Source of the DNA: Chrysomallon squamiferum | Taxonomy: Eukaryota > Animalia > Mollusca | DNA: 64,000 nucleotides | Assembly: GCA_012295275.1 (NCBI GenBank) | Contig: CM022665.1 | Span: 11,656,001-11,720,000 of the forward strand | Reading direction: 5' to 3' | Shown here: piece by piece, positions 43,969 to 57,321 of the stretch | How the letters are laid out: the number at the start of each line of letters is the position of its first letter | How positions within the stretch are numbered: position 1 is the first letter of the stretch | Notes under the pieces: model-generated | The model's database searches: none | The model's input: the letters and a program-made list of their open reading frames with translations, nothing else | What the model was told of the DNA's origin: nothing | Made by a program: the position numbers and the translations under genes

Positions 43969-44038
43969 ATTTCTACTTAAGAATGTCAGTCTATCCTGTT
44001 TAACATAAGGAAAGGTTTTTACTTTGATATAAAAAAGA

Positions 44039-44068
44039 GATCGTGTGAAACAGGAAGATATTTAGAAA
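44039..44068. promoter_or_regulatory. Conserved proximal promoter block with an ETS-like CAGGAAG overlapping AGATA (GATA), shared with D at 51909-51938
   Basis: CAGGAAGATATTTAGAAA is identical upstream of C and D although the surrounding sequence has diverged. Confidence 0.45.
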
Positions 44069-44829
44069 AAGTTAACAATAAACCAAACACAGAGTTTACG
44101 CACATCATGAAAGCTTTGAAAGTAATAACACTTTTTTTCCCACAGATATTCCTTTCATAGGAGAGTCAGAGTGGAGGGTAGGAGGGGGGTGGGTCAGAGG
44201 AATTCAGTGAATGTAATCACTGGACATAATACTGATATTGGCACACATATCAGTTTATATAAGCTGACTGCAAAACAGCACAGAAAAGAAATCTATAAAT
44301 ATTAAAGTAAATAGAAAGTGTTGTTTTGCACTTCTTTTTAAAGGGATAACAATCATAATCATGAGAGTTTGTAATGTTCACATAACAAATGTAGATAGAA
44401 TCAAAATTTATATTACTATGCTTGTAGAATGGAAAATTATTTCAGAGGTAAAAGTGTTGCTATCTCTCTGTCTGTCTCTTTGTTTATCACTATCTAACTG
44501 TCTGTATATATGTGTATCAGTACATCAGGGTTTTTAATTATTTTTGTCTTTGTGGTAAGTCGAAATGATATCACATCTCTCACACATCTGGGTTTGCACC
44601 TTATTTCCTTCTTTCAACAAAACAAGTGAACCTTGGTTTATTACAATGGGTATCTTAGTCTGGCAGTTTCACACAGAAATGAGTCACAGTTAAATGATTA
44701 TGTAAAAAACGTGACTTGGATTAGATTAGATAAGATTTCATTTTTATATTACAGACCTTTTGAGTTTATTATAATGAGAGATTTTTAAAATGATTTAATA
44801 CGATACTGTCAGGAGACAAGCGTAATTTA

Positions 44830-44871
<42 letters not shown>

Positions 44872-47351
44872 CTGCATATATGTATGTAGCTATAGGTAAA
44901 AACGCAGAAAAAATAATGGTAAAGTGAAATTATATTAACATTTAAAGTATTTCAAAATAGAGCTTCACATAACAATTAAATTAATGTGCAACTCTAAAAT
45001 ACTATTTTACAAATACAGTTTTAAAAGAGCTATTTAATTTAGTATAGATCTGTAAAACAGCTATTATATTAATACAGAGATTCAAAATAATAAATTATTT
45101 TTTTAAATGTTTAATGTAATCGCAATTGTTAAAACATATATATATATATATAATGAAGTAAAATAAATAAAATAAACAAATAAAAAATAAATAAAATAAA
45201 ATAAAATAAAAAAAAAACCCCACTAATTTACAGATAAAGTTCTTAAGCTTTCCATTCCATCAACTTTTGAAACAGATTTTTAGTTATGAAGTGACGTATA
45301 AAATGTTACCTTCATGTTCTAAAATGAAATTTCAAAGTCAAATTAACATTTGTAAAATTGTAGCACACTGATTATATTTTAAATACTTTACCTGTTTTCC
45401 TCTTTGAACATTACCAAATTGTCTGCATTTAACTCATTTGAGATCTATAATCTATCATTTTTTTCTTATTTATTTTTCTTATAAATATTTTATGTACATT
45501 AACATTTTGTTGGCCAGGCAAAGCTTAGAATGGTATTTTAGATTTCAGTACCTCTTGATATCCTTTATGGAAATTAATCATAGACACATTGACAAATATC
45601 AAGATGGTATGTAACATGACATGGTAAGATAATAAAATAAATGGCCTTGTGAGAGCAATGTTGATCCTTCTGCTGTCTTTCTCATCGTACTGTTGCAGTG
45701 GTAATCCATGTTTTTTATTCTAACAAATACAAAAGTTCTATACTGTGTGTAGATGCACTTTTTGGTTCATTAATATATATAAATTATTTGATTTAATTTT
45801 TTTCCCTGCAACTATATTTTTGAGCTATGTTTTTGAGTATCTTAATGTTATGTTAATTGTCTTCTATGACTTTTGTTTCATAATTTAAAAGGTAATATTA
45901 TACTTTTTATTATAGAATTTTCTTTGTTATAATTAATTAAGTGAAACACTCGATGAAAACACCCTGTGAAGTATTTTCTTAAGAATGTCTCTCTTTTTAT
46001 CCTGTTTCTATTGAAATTTAAATAAGAAACGTTCTTTTACTGATGTTTTCATGGAACTCAGTGACTTTTATACTGAAATACAGATTTTCTTTAATTATAA
46101 TTTTTTAAATATATTTCTTCTAGTTTGAAATGGAGGAATATTTAATATGGTCTACATAAAAGATAAAATAAGATGAAGATATTAACATTATTAAATTGCA
46201 TTTTGAAGCATTTAGTATTTGTATCTTTTAATTTCATGTAGATATTACCAGTTAATACATTTAGATCTTTGCTTGTATTTTTGTACTTTATTCGTACTTA
46301 CTTAAACATTTTAAATTTATTTTAACAATCAAGTAAGAATAGAATATAACCAAAACAAAGCTTTTCAAATATTTATTATCAGATAATAGATAACTATCAG
46401 GTATAATATACTCGTACACTCATATCCTATATTACACTCTTATTAAAACAATGCTAATTTAATAAATAATATCATACTAAATATATGAAGCAAATGTAAG
46501 GGAAACATGAAAAAGATCGCTTATCTGTATAATCTGTATAATTATTAATTGACTGATTTAATAATGATAGCAGCAGTAGCAGTAGTAGCAGAAGTAATAT
46601 AATAAGCAGAACTGTAAAGAGGTAACTGTATATGTACATGTGTAGATATGTATGTGCATTGGTATATATGCATGCAAGTGTGTATATGTATATATATGTG
46701 TTTGTTCATTTATGCAGTCGTGTATTTTTTTGTATATATGTGTGTATTTAAAAACTAATGGGTTTTAAAATAGTAATTAATGTATACCTTTAAAATAGCT
46801 ATTATTTTTTAAGCATTTAGTATTTGTATCTTTATAATCTGTTTCAGTTTTTAATTTTATGTACATATCATGGATTAAGACATAAAATTTCTGCATATAT
46901 TTTTGTGTTTAAACATTACTGATTCATTTTTGTAATCATTTAAGAGTACACTATAAATAAAACAAAGCATTCAATTAAATGTCATTTAAAAGATATACTT
47001 CCATTAAAAGCAATAACAACTTATTTAATAATAATATTATTATGAACATCAGTTTTATTATTAAATAATATCAAATATTACTTATCTTTTCTTCCTTTGA
47101 ATAATATCACTTCTGTTTACATTTGATATAATTATTACAATACCTGCATAAATAAAATTATATTTTTAAATAAGGTTTGAAAGAAAGATTTGAAAGAAAG
47201 ATATATAACTATAGTAGCAGTAGCAGCAGCAGTAGTAGCAGTAGTTGTAGTTGTAGTAGCAGTAGTAGTAAATAATAAGTAAATAATAAGAACTGTTAAG
47301 AGAAGACTGTATGTGTGTCTGTGGATCTTTATAATAGTCTTTGATAATTTC

Positions 47352-48137
47352 TTAAATATGAACAGACAACTTTTCATAGACATCATTTGATGTTCTAGAT
47401 GAAGGATTCAAATGTTCGTATTCATTTTGTCCAGAATTAACAGAATTTCTCTCTCTCGTAGAATCTTGACCATTTGAAGACGTCAGATCGTTCTGGTTTG
47501 TTTCAGCTTGTTCAACAGGATTTGAAAAATTGACGTAACTATTTTGCTGAGACTTTTCTCTAACGTGAAAGTTGTTATTTAATTGATGATTGACTTCACT
47601 GATTTCGGAATTTAATTGTTGTTGGTTGTTTGAAGATGCGTGATCATTTTGGTTAGCAATATCTTCATAGTGATTAACAAAGTGGTTATCTTGAGAATGT
47701 TGAGTTGTACGAGAACTGTGTGCAATCTGTGCAACTTGACCATTGTTTCCTACATCATCTAGTTTGTAGACTCCATCACTCGTCATTGTGTTTTGGTTTG
47801 TTTGTGTAGGATTAGTGGCAGACATTTCTTGATTGTTAGATTTTGTCTTTCTGTTGTGTCTCCTGAGATGCCTGTAAGATATTGAAAATGTATATAAATT
47901 TATATATCAGAATAGAAACACATTGTTGATATATAAATAAATAAATAAATAAATAAAATATTTTTTTAAAAATATAACATAAAATAAGGAGAAAAATAAA
48001 AGAAAATACTCTAAAGCAAAAGACATCAAGAATTACAAAAAAACAAGCAAAGAAACCTTTCTATACTGACATTATTAATTTTGAGATACAATTTGATTTG
48101 TTTGCCTTACTAACAAAAATATACACATAGACGGACT

Positions 48138-48176
<39 letters not shown>

Positions 48177-51100
48177 AGAGAGAGCGCAAAAGTTAAGTAT
48201 GTATATTTAATAAGTCAAACATATATAAAAAAAGTCAAGTTAAAACAAATATCAACTGTCCATCCAAAACAAACCACAAAATCCTATTGTAAGACACTCA
48301 CACACGCAGAGACAAAGACAGCGCAAAAGTTAAACATATATATTTAATAAGTCAAAATAAAAAAGTCAAATTAACAATTAAAACAAAAATCAACTCTTCT
48401 ACTGAAACAAACAACAAAAAGAATAGTAAAATATAATCCTGTAATGATTTTTTTCTTTTGCAAAAGAAGAAAATAAGTAACTTTGTGTTCGAGAGTTATT
48501 ATAATTCACTCACCAAAACAAAATACTGCTAACTGTAACAAGGAGTAGAAACAAAACTGCTGTCAAAACTGACAACGCAGTAACAGTGGAAATGTTGTTT
48601 TCTTGATATGAAAAAAATAATTTATATAAATGCCAATAATTTTTATGAAAAAAAAAAAGAATGAAAGAAAAAAGAAATATAAATAAACATACAATAATAA
48701 AAACAATTTAAATAGTAATAATAATATTTAAAAAAATTATAAACCTGGTTGTGTAAAGCCAATATTTACAAATATTTATAAAATCAAAATTACTTAAATC
48801 GAAATTTGCAATATATTAATTAAACTTTACTGAAATAAAACTTATCAAAATAAATATATGTATGTGTGTAGGTGTGGGTGTATGTATAGATATGTATCTA
48901 TATATGTATGTATGTATGTATGTATGTAATTGACTACTACTATTAATAATACTAATATACAAGTGAATATTCTGTTGTACTGAACAATAAAAATAAATAA
49001 TTATAACATTACAAGAGAACAACAACAAAAAAAGATACCTTCTTTCCCATTAAGTGCTGAGTGGTTGCTGAAAACTGAGGTACTGACATTGTTCAGCAGT
49101 TTTGTAGTGAAGAATGATGATGAAGTACTGTTAATATTCAGTTTTGTAGTGTCTAATGATAATGTGCTGCTGATAAACATGTTCATTGATGTTGATTGTG
49201 TTATTGTGGTTGAAGCTGTTGTCTGGTTCTTGCTGTCAGAAACTTCAGTAGACATGTTTGTGGTTTCTGCTGCTGTTGTAGATCTGTCAGTCTCACGTTT
49301 CACTGCTGTTGTTGCTGTTGTTGATGTTGGTGTGTAGTCTGGTGTTGTTCTAGAAGCTGTAGTGATTGTACTATTCCTTGTGTAAGAAGTACAGCTCAGA
49401 CTCATAGGAACATCAAATGAAATCTGTAAAATATGTATGTATGTATGTATGTATGTAGTATGTGGGTGTGTGTGTGTACGTGTGGGGTTTGTTGTGTGTA
49501 TTTTATGAGTGTGTCTGTTAATGATGTAAACTGCACAATTTTCTTTAAACAAATATGAAAATAAAATAATAAGGAATTATGAATCTGTTTATAATTTTAT
49601 TTATGTACCTCTTACTTGTATCCATATATTATGATTTCTGGTTGTTTGACTGGAATACTCTATAAAAACACTTCCACCATATCCTGGTATTATGTTATTT
49701 ATCAGTCTTTCTTTTGTGGTATTTGATGATATTTGATAATTTAGGTTGGAGTCAGATGTAATGTTCAAATACCACTTCTCACTCATAGTTTTATTTCTAT
49801 AAAAGTCAGCAATTATAACTTGTATGTGTTTTCCTTGAATTTCACAATGATACATCACATTATCTGAGTGAGACTGAGGATTCCTGAGAAAAAGTGAGAC
49901 ATTGACTGTTTCTGTGAGACTAGAACACATGTCAAAGTTAACAGAATCTGAAAGAAAAACAAATATTACAAAAAATTCAACAAATCGAAAACAACATGAA
50001 ATAAATAAAATTTGAAAGAAAGTGTTTTTTTTTTATTTGTATATGTTTTAGTAAATGGTTTTAAAATACATTTGACATTATTTCTTTCTTGTCACAAAAA
50101 TGTTAAAAATTCTGCATCATTTCACGTTTTTTTTAAAAAGACAGTGAGAGAAAAATATAAACAGTTACTAAAATATATATTTATTTTTTGCTTTTAAATA
50201 GTTTCATATTTTAATATTTTGTAGTTGCATTAAAGGTTGACATTTGTGTAGACTATTTGTATTAAACGAAATATCACAGACAGCATAAGCCTAATATTCA
50301 GATCAGTTAATTAGCCAAGATCAGAAATAACTTTACATAGGCTGTTTAATACTGATCAGACAGATTTGAAAGAAGGAATAAGAAGTAAATCTTCTGATAA
50401 AATATTTTTCATATATTAATAATATTATTGAAAGAGGAAACAGTTAAATATCAAGTAATTATAAAAACATGATATTTAATATATAAAGAAACAAAAAAGA
50501 TAAATAGGTATGTATGCAGATAGGTAGGTAAGCATGTAAATATGGATAAAAATTAAGTAAAATTAATATTTAATTATACAAACCTGGAACACATTCATAA
50601 TGAGCTAAAACCAAGTGTCTACCAGAACAGTTGAAATATTGAGGATTGAAATATTCAGTACACTGTGTTTTACTGTTGCAGTTTGTCTGTAGTTTTATAT
50701 GAGATGACATTTTGTTGTTTTCTGCTGTCTGTCCATGACATCTGTAATCTGGTTTACATGTCTCACTGTAACTGCTGTTTGAATAAGACTCTGATAAAAC
50801 GTGAATCACTGAATTGTTGGGACAAACTAAATCTACTGTGAGTGTAGAACAGTTCCATAGTTTATGTCGTTGAAAACTACACACTAAATAATAATTAAAA
50901 GAAAAGAAGAAATAAATAAATGGTATTAGTGTAACAGACACAAGAGCTATATAATACAGTAATATAATAATGTAAGAACAGAATGTAGATACATGTATTA
51001 ATTTAAAAAAAAAAAAAAATCAACAAATGTGATACAGTATATGTAAAGAAAAAGTGTAGGAAAATGTAGGCAAAATAGGGTGAAGTTAAGCTAGGATGGT

Positions 51101-51812
51101 TATGGGTGCAGTTGTAAAAGTTATTCTTACTTTGATGGAAAGTGGGTTGAGAGATGGTTGCCATGATCATGTAATTGGGATTGAGAATAACTTAATAGTT
51201 CCTAGAGGTAAGGTTTCAGGTGGGAAATGGTGGCAAGTTCACATTTTGTAACTTTTTCAGTTCTTATCTGAATATCCCAAAATCCGGAAAACTGTGTTCT
51301 GTGAAATCGAGGGTCACAATACAAATATTTGCTACCTACAGATCGACCTACATACATTCACAAACAGATGCACATACATATATATATATGCAGGATACAC
51401 ATATACGCATTCACACGCACACACTGAAACCATATAGACAGACAGAGAGATGAATGGATAGGACTATAATGAGAAAAATAGATATTGACTGCTAGAGAAA
51501 TGATTAGATACGTACAAATAGATATACAGTCAGAGAGATATTTAGATGACAGTTACATAAATATATAGACATACAAACAGATAGAAAGATAGATATAAAG
51601 ACAGATGGTTTGCTAGACACGCAGACAGATACACAGACATATTTACTGAATGGATGTTTCTTAGTAATAACAGAAATCTCAGTAGTATGTACGGTTTACC
51701 ACTTATGAATAAAAACCAAAATGAACCCACCTTGTTTTGTATCCAAGTAAAATGTGTATACGATAAAACATAACAGTATCGAGCAACGTGAAGAAATTCT
51801 TGTTTCTGCCAT
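47352..51812 (-). CDS. Receptor D, apparently intact: signal 51812-51731, lectin-like 50883-50584, CUB-like 49947-49616, stalk 49423-49039, TM 48601-48514, tail 47871-47352
   Basis: Signal MAETRISSRCSILLCFIVYTFYLDTKQ|G. Ectodomain exons are nearly identical to C. TM VTALSVLTAVLFLLLVTVSSILFW followed by basic HLRRHNRK. The N/Q-rich tail ends NEYEHLNPSSRTSNDVYEKLSVHI. The ORF is open if the CAA|GTAAG donor at 49616 is used. Confidence 0.85.
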
Positions 51813-53811
51813 TCTACCATCTGACAGAAAGTTGTTAGTTGATCAGCTAAGATAAATTCTCAGTCTTTTGTTAAATATAAAAGTCACACTACGTGTTAAA
51901 AATACAGCGATCTTGTAAAGCAGGAAGATATTTAGAAACGTAAGTACAGCGTTCATCAAAAGGCTTTACAAATAATAATGTAGACACAGATTTCTTTTTT
52001 ATGCACTAATTTTGTATGTGTGTCATTATTAATGTGTGTGCGTGTTTGTATAATTATGAATGTTTTTGAGTATAACACGGTTATATTCATAATACAAGAT
52101 CGTTGTATTATACTTTTTTATTACATAATTTCCTGTGTTAAACTGGAAAGTTTAATTAATCACGTTTTATTTAAATGTACTGTTATTGAAATTAAAATTC
52201 TTTCGTAGACCGTCATCAGATGTTTTATGAAGACAGCATATTTATTTATTTTACGATCTTAATTTTCTTTTTTTTTTATGTTCATTTTATGTTCTTTAAA
52301 TTTAAAAAATAATAATAATTATTTTCGCCTTCATGAAAAGCATATTTTAGTTTGTGGAATTTTTTTGCTTGTGAAGTAATTTACAAAAGCTAATATGAGT
52401 AAATACTTCTATGAATTTACATTCTTTCAATAAATAAAGTAAAACTCTGTTTTGTACTCCGAATAGCCAAGTCTGACAAACCGTCAACAATAAAATCTTC
52501 TTCTTCTTCATGCATGAGTGATAAACTGGAACGAACAATAAGTAAAATGCTTGTATAAAATCATCCAGGCTTGACGGATGGATGTAAAATTTGCTTTGTG
52601 AGTTCATTAATTGTATGTAATATACCAAGACATCCGTGTGCAAATTTAGACTGTGCACCATTCACTCCTACGTACACAAACACACTCTTACACACATCAG
52701 TATACTTCATTTCATATTAAAGGTTTGGGAAGAATAAAAAATTAATCACTTGTTTTCATTAATGATTAAATGATTAATTTGATTTAATTTAAGCATATGT
52801 ACTACGGTTGTATTATATTAACACTTAGGTTGATAAAATTCGTTGATATTAGTACCTCAAATTATAAAAATAATAATAGCAATAACAATAATATATAAAA
52901 AAAAAATAATAGTAATAATAACAGTAACAACAACAACAACAACAGCAATACTAAAAATAATAATAGTATATTACACACTATAATGTTCGACAATAATATC
53001 ATATTATTAAATGGGTTAGTAATAATAATATATCACACATAAACCTCTCTAAAAATAATATATGACGCATAAAACGCGCCAGTAAATAATATCACATATT
53101 GTTATTAAAAGTCACTAACTAAAGTATACAACATATCAAACAGGTGATCACATTGTGTACTGCTACTAACAATAACCTATCTAAGAATAACTCATTACAT
53201 AATGATTATAAAAATATTCAAGACATATCTAGGAATAATAAAATATCTTTAAAAATTCACGAATTTCTAAATTATATAATTTTATTATCATTTTTTCTTT
53301 CTTTCTTTTGGAAGCATTCTATAATTAAAATACGTATAACACACTCATACACGCACAAACACAGACACACACGCGCGCGCGCGCTCGCAGACACACATTT
53401 AGAATATAAAAATGTATTCAGGAGGATAGGTCATTTTAAGGAAGATATAATTTATTTAGAAAGTGTTTCCTCCCAACCCCAGCAACTTGTATCTAGGATT
53501 AACAGATTACGTATAATAATGTTATTCTGGAAATGTATACTTTACAATGTCATCTATAAATATTATAACATATTATAAATATTTATAGAAAACGGATTTT
53601 CGAACATGTACATGACTAACAGAGACGTTTTCCAACATCTAGGACATCAGAATGAAATATTACAAGAAAAACATTTAAAGCAACATTTTTAGGACTAACA
53701 AATCAAAATAAATAATTAAATAAATAAATAAAATTTTTAAAATAACGAATATATTGAAGATTACTCTATGTTAGATTATAAAGAAATTTTCAGAAACACA
53801 GACGAAAAAGA

Positions 53812-56800
53812 TCACATGTAATATAGTTCATTATCTTCCATAAAACAGCCAGGCTTGCAGGAGTCTTGACTGTCTTCTTCTGCTACAAGTTTAGCATGTT
53901 TACTCTTGGGCAATGTGCTTTCATAAACGTCCTTGTCTTTCACGAGTGCACCTGGAAGACATAGAGGAGGCTCGGACGCTGGTCTGCCGATGGCGTCAGC
54001 TGGTACAGAGTACGGATGCTCGTCCTCGGAGTCTTGTTTCTCTCGTTTAGAATTTTTCAGAGAGTCTAAAGGCAGCATGTAAGGAACGCTGTCCCTTGAC
54101 TCCACTGGCTGTTGTATCGAATTACCGACTGGTTTATTCTTACCAGACTCTGCAAGAATGGTATCAGGAGACTGTTCCTTGTTGGTGTTTTTTCTGGAAT
54201 TACCATCATTACCAGCCGTTCTATTTAGACTGTGTTCATTTGTATTCTTATCTGAAATAAAGCCAATCATTCTGTAGTATAAATCTGGTTTATTTTCTTT
54301 CGTGTTTGCTGCTTCGGTTACTTTTCTTTGTTGTGATTAGAATTATCGCAACTCTCATCCATCTGAAAACATTTATTGTCATACTCCATGTCAGTGGTTT
54401 TCTTTTCCAAGTATTCCTTTCTCTTAAATCTTCTTCTGCAATAAAATATAAAAAATATCTCACTGAAAGTAAAATCAAATATGTATAATCAAGTCAAATC
54501 ATAAAAACACCAGTTCGATAAAAATATTGGTATGGACTACATCTCTTTCGGAAATCGACTGATAACAAGCAAACAGCATTATTAATTAATAAGAATATAT
54601 GCAAAGTACTGGTTGATCATAAACTCACCTGATAACAAAAACACCTGTAATTGCTGCACCAACGAGCAGTATTCCCAAAATCGTTGATATCACTATTATT
54701 ATAACTGTGGTTCTCTTGTTTTCTGAAGAAAAAAATATTAAAAAATCCAGATCTTAGATGTGTTTAAATATTCTATTGATTTTTCTAATTTCATTATTAT
54801 TGTTATTATTTCTGTTATTGTTATTGTTATTGCTATTATTATTATTGTTGTTATTATTAGTATTAAATTACATTTATAAGACCATGTACGTAGTAGCAAT
54901 AAAGCACGCACAGACATGCATATTAAGACATGTAATAATAATTTGTACTAATATTCACCTATGCTTTCTAAATCTTTTAAATTTTCATTTCGTGGCGAGG
55001 TAACTGTTGACGTGAACGTTGATGGTGACGAGGCACCTGTTGATAAAGATGCTGAATTCAAATGTGACACTGTAGCTGTTGATGTTGTCAGTATATTCAT
55101 GTCTGATATATTGCCATTGCATTCAAGACTTATTTGACTGCTGTTTGCTGTAATAGAAAGAAATAAGAAAAACTGCGTTTGAGCAAATTTGTTAAGGTAA
55201 TGAACAATAATAAAAATTCATGAATTATATATTTATAAAACTATTAGTCTTTGCAAACAATAAAGTATAAAAGCAAATTTACGGGACGATATTAGGAGGT
55301 AAACATTTAAAAAATAATTTATGATGTTAGTACGTACTCTTCACAATGTGAAACAAAAATCATTATAGTTTCCCTATCCTTAGTCTATCACGACTTTTTT
55401 TTCATAAGACCAAAAGTTGACTGTAGAAAATGACAGAATGAAACTGAAATAATACATGCATATTAAAAATACATTTGACATACCCTTTATCTCCATCCAT
55501 ACATTCTGTTGAGACTGATTCTTGTTGTTGTAAAATATCTGAACTCTTTTTTGTGACTGAGCAATAATTAGGTTTTTCTTTTGTAAAAGACAGTTTTCAG
55601 TTGGACACGGTTCCACAACATCTCTTTCTGAATCCCATAAAACTGTTGTAGAATTCACTACAGTGAAATCTGCAGCTTGTGTATAATTATCTTCGTACGA
55701 AAAGTCTAAACTGAGTATTTGAAATGCCATTAAATCGCTACTTGCTGTTAATAGGCACGTACATTTGTTATATGACGCATTTGACTTTGGGAATCCAGGG
55801 CTTTTCAAATGCAACATTGAATCTGTTTTTTGATATTCGTTAGCACAGATGTCAAAAGTATTAGAATCTGAAATATAAAATATTATAAAATATTATCAGT
55901 TATCTTGTTGGAAGAGAAAATTCTTACTTCAAGAAGACAAATGCAAAATCTTAATTTCCAGTCACATAATACAAAGTACTGTATATATACTTTATAGAAA
56001 ATACGTATAATCAGCAGTTAAATAAAAGTCACTGATTCTAGACACTGACACATCCAGCCAAACATCAGATACAGAAACTGATGACATGAATACCTGATGA
56101 CATGAATACCTGTCATACCCATTTCCAAACATCAAGATGCAATGCAAAGTCACAGAAAGATACCCATCAAGTCCATTTGAATCAAGCAGAACGAATGGTG
56201 AACAGAAGAGAACATATCTTATTTACCAAGTAAATAGAAGACAATGTTACTGTTCACATTCTAAAAGAAGTTGAAATATTCCTGGCGTATGACTGAATGC
56301 AGTAGCAATGAGCTTTACTTAGTAACCATCAAGAGTGGCATTCTGAACAGAAAACTTTGTCGCAACCAGTTTGAAGTATTCGACTGATGATTTCTGCTCC
56401 CAATTTATTTAATTTGCCTTGTGTGTTAATTCACCCCAGATTCAGAAACATTGTGATGCATGGTGCTCTAAAGGTATTGACGGTATTTGTATATCATAAT
56501 TATTGACTCAAAAGTGTATTGCTGAATTACTGAACTATTATTATTATTATTATTTTTGTTGCTGTTGTTGTTATTATTATATGATATGGATGACGAACAA
56601 TTAGTTATATTATATTGTATTCAGTTTACAAAAAAATAAATAATAAAAATAAATAAATAAATAAATTATAATAAAAAAAATTATATAAATAAATAAATAA
56701 ATAAACAAATAATCAAAAAATTAAAATTGAAATAAAATAAATTAAAAAATTAAAAAATTAAAATTAGAAATAGAAAAAACAATAAAAATTCGACTACTGC

Positions 56801-56823
56801 TGTTACTACTGTTACTTCTATTA

Positions 56824-56882
<59 letters not shown>

Positions 56883-57273
56883 TAATATTCATAATAATTT
56901 AATTACATTAATATATATTTAAAATTACCTAGATAAATCATAGAAGTGAGATCTTACCTTTGACACAGTCATATTTCACTTGAGCTGCAGTAACATTACA
57001 ACCTTGAAAGTGATAAATTACAAATTCTTGTTGACACTGTGTTTTTCCGTTGCATGTAACATACGTTTTCCAGTTTATGCGTGTACAGTTTAATTTAGTT
57101 ATCTGTGTACAGTTGTTATCTGTCTGTGTTCCTCCTACAACATCCTTGATCTGTATCACTGAACCAACAACACACACAAGATTAAATGTGACAAAATTAT
57201 TCTTAAAACAACCTGATGAAGTCTTTTGCTCACCTAAACAATGAAAAAACACCATGATAATATCAAATTACGC

Positions 57274-57321
<48 letters not shown>

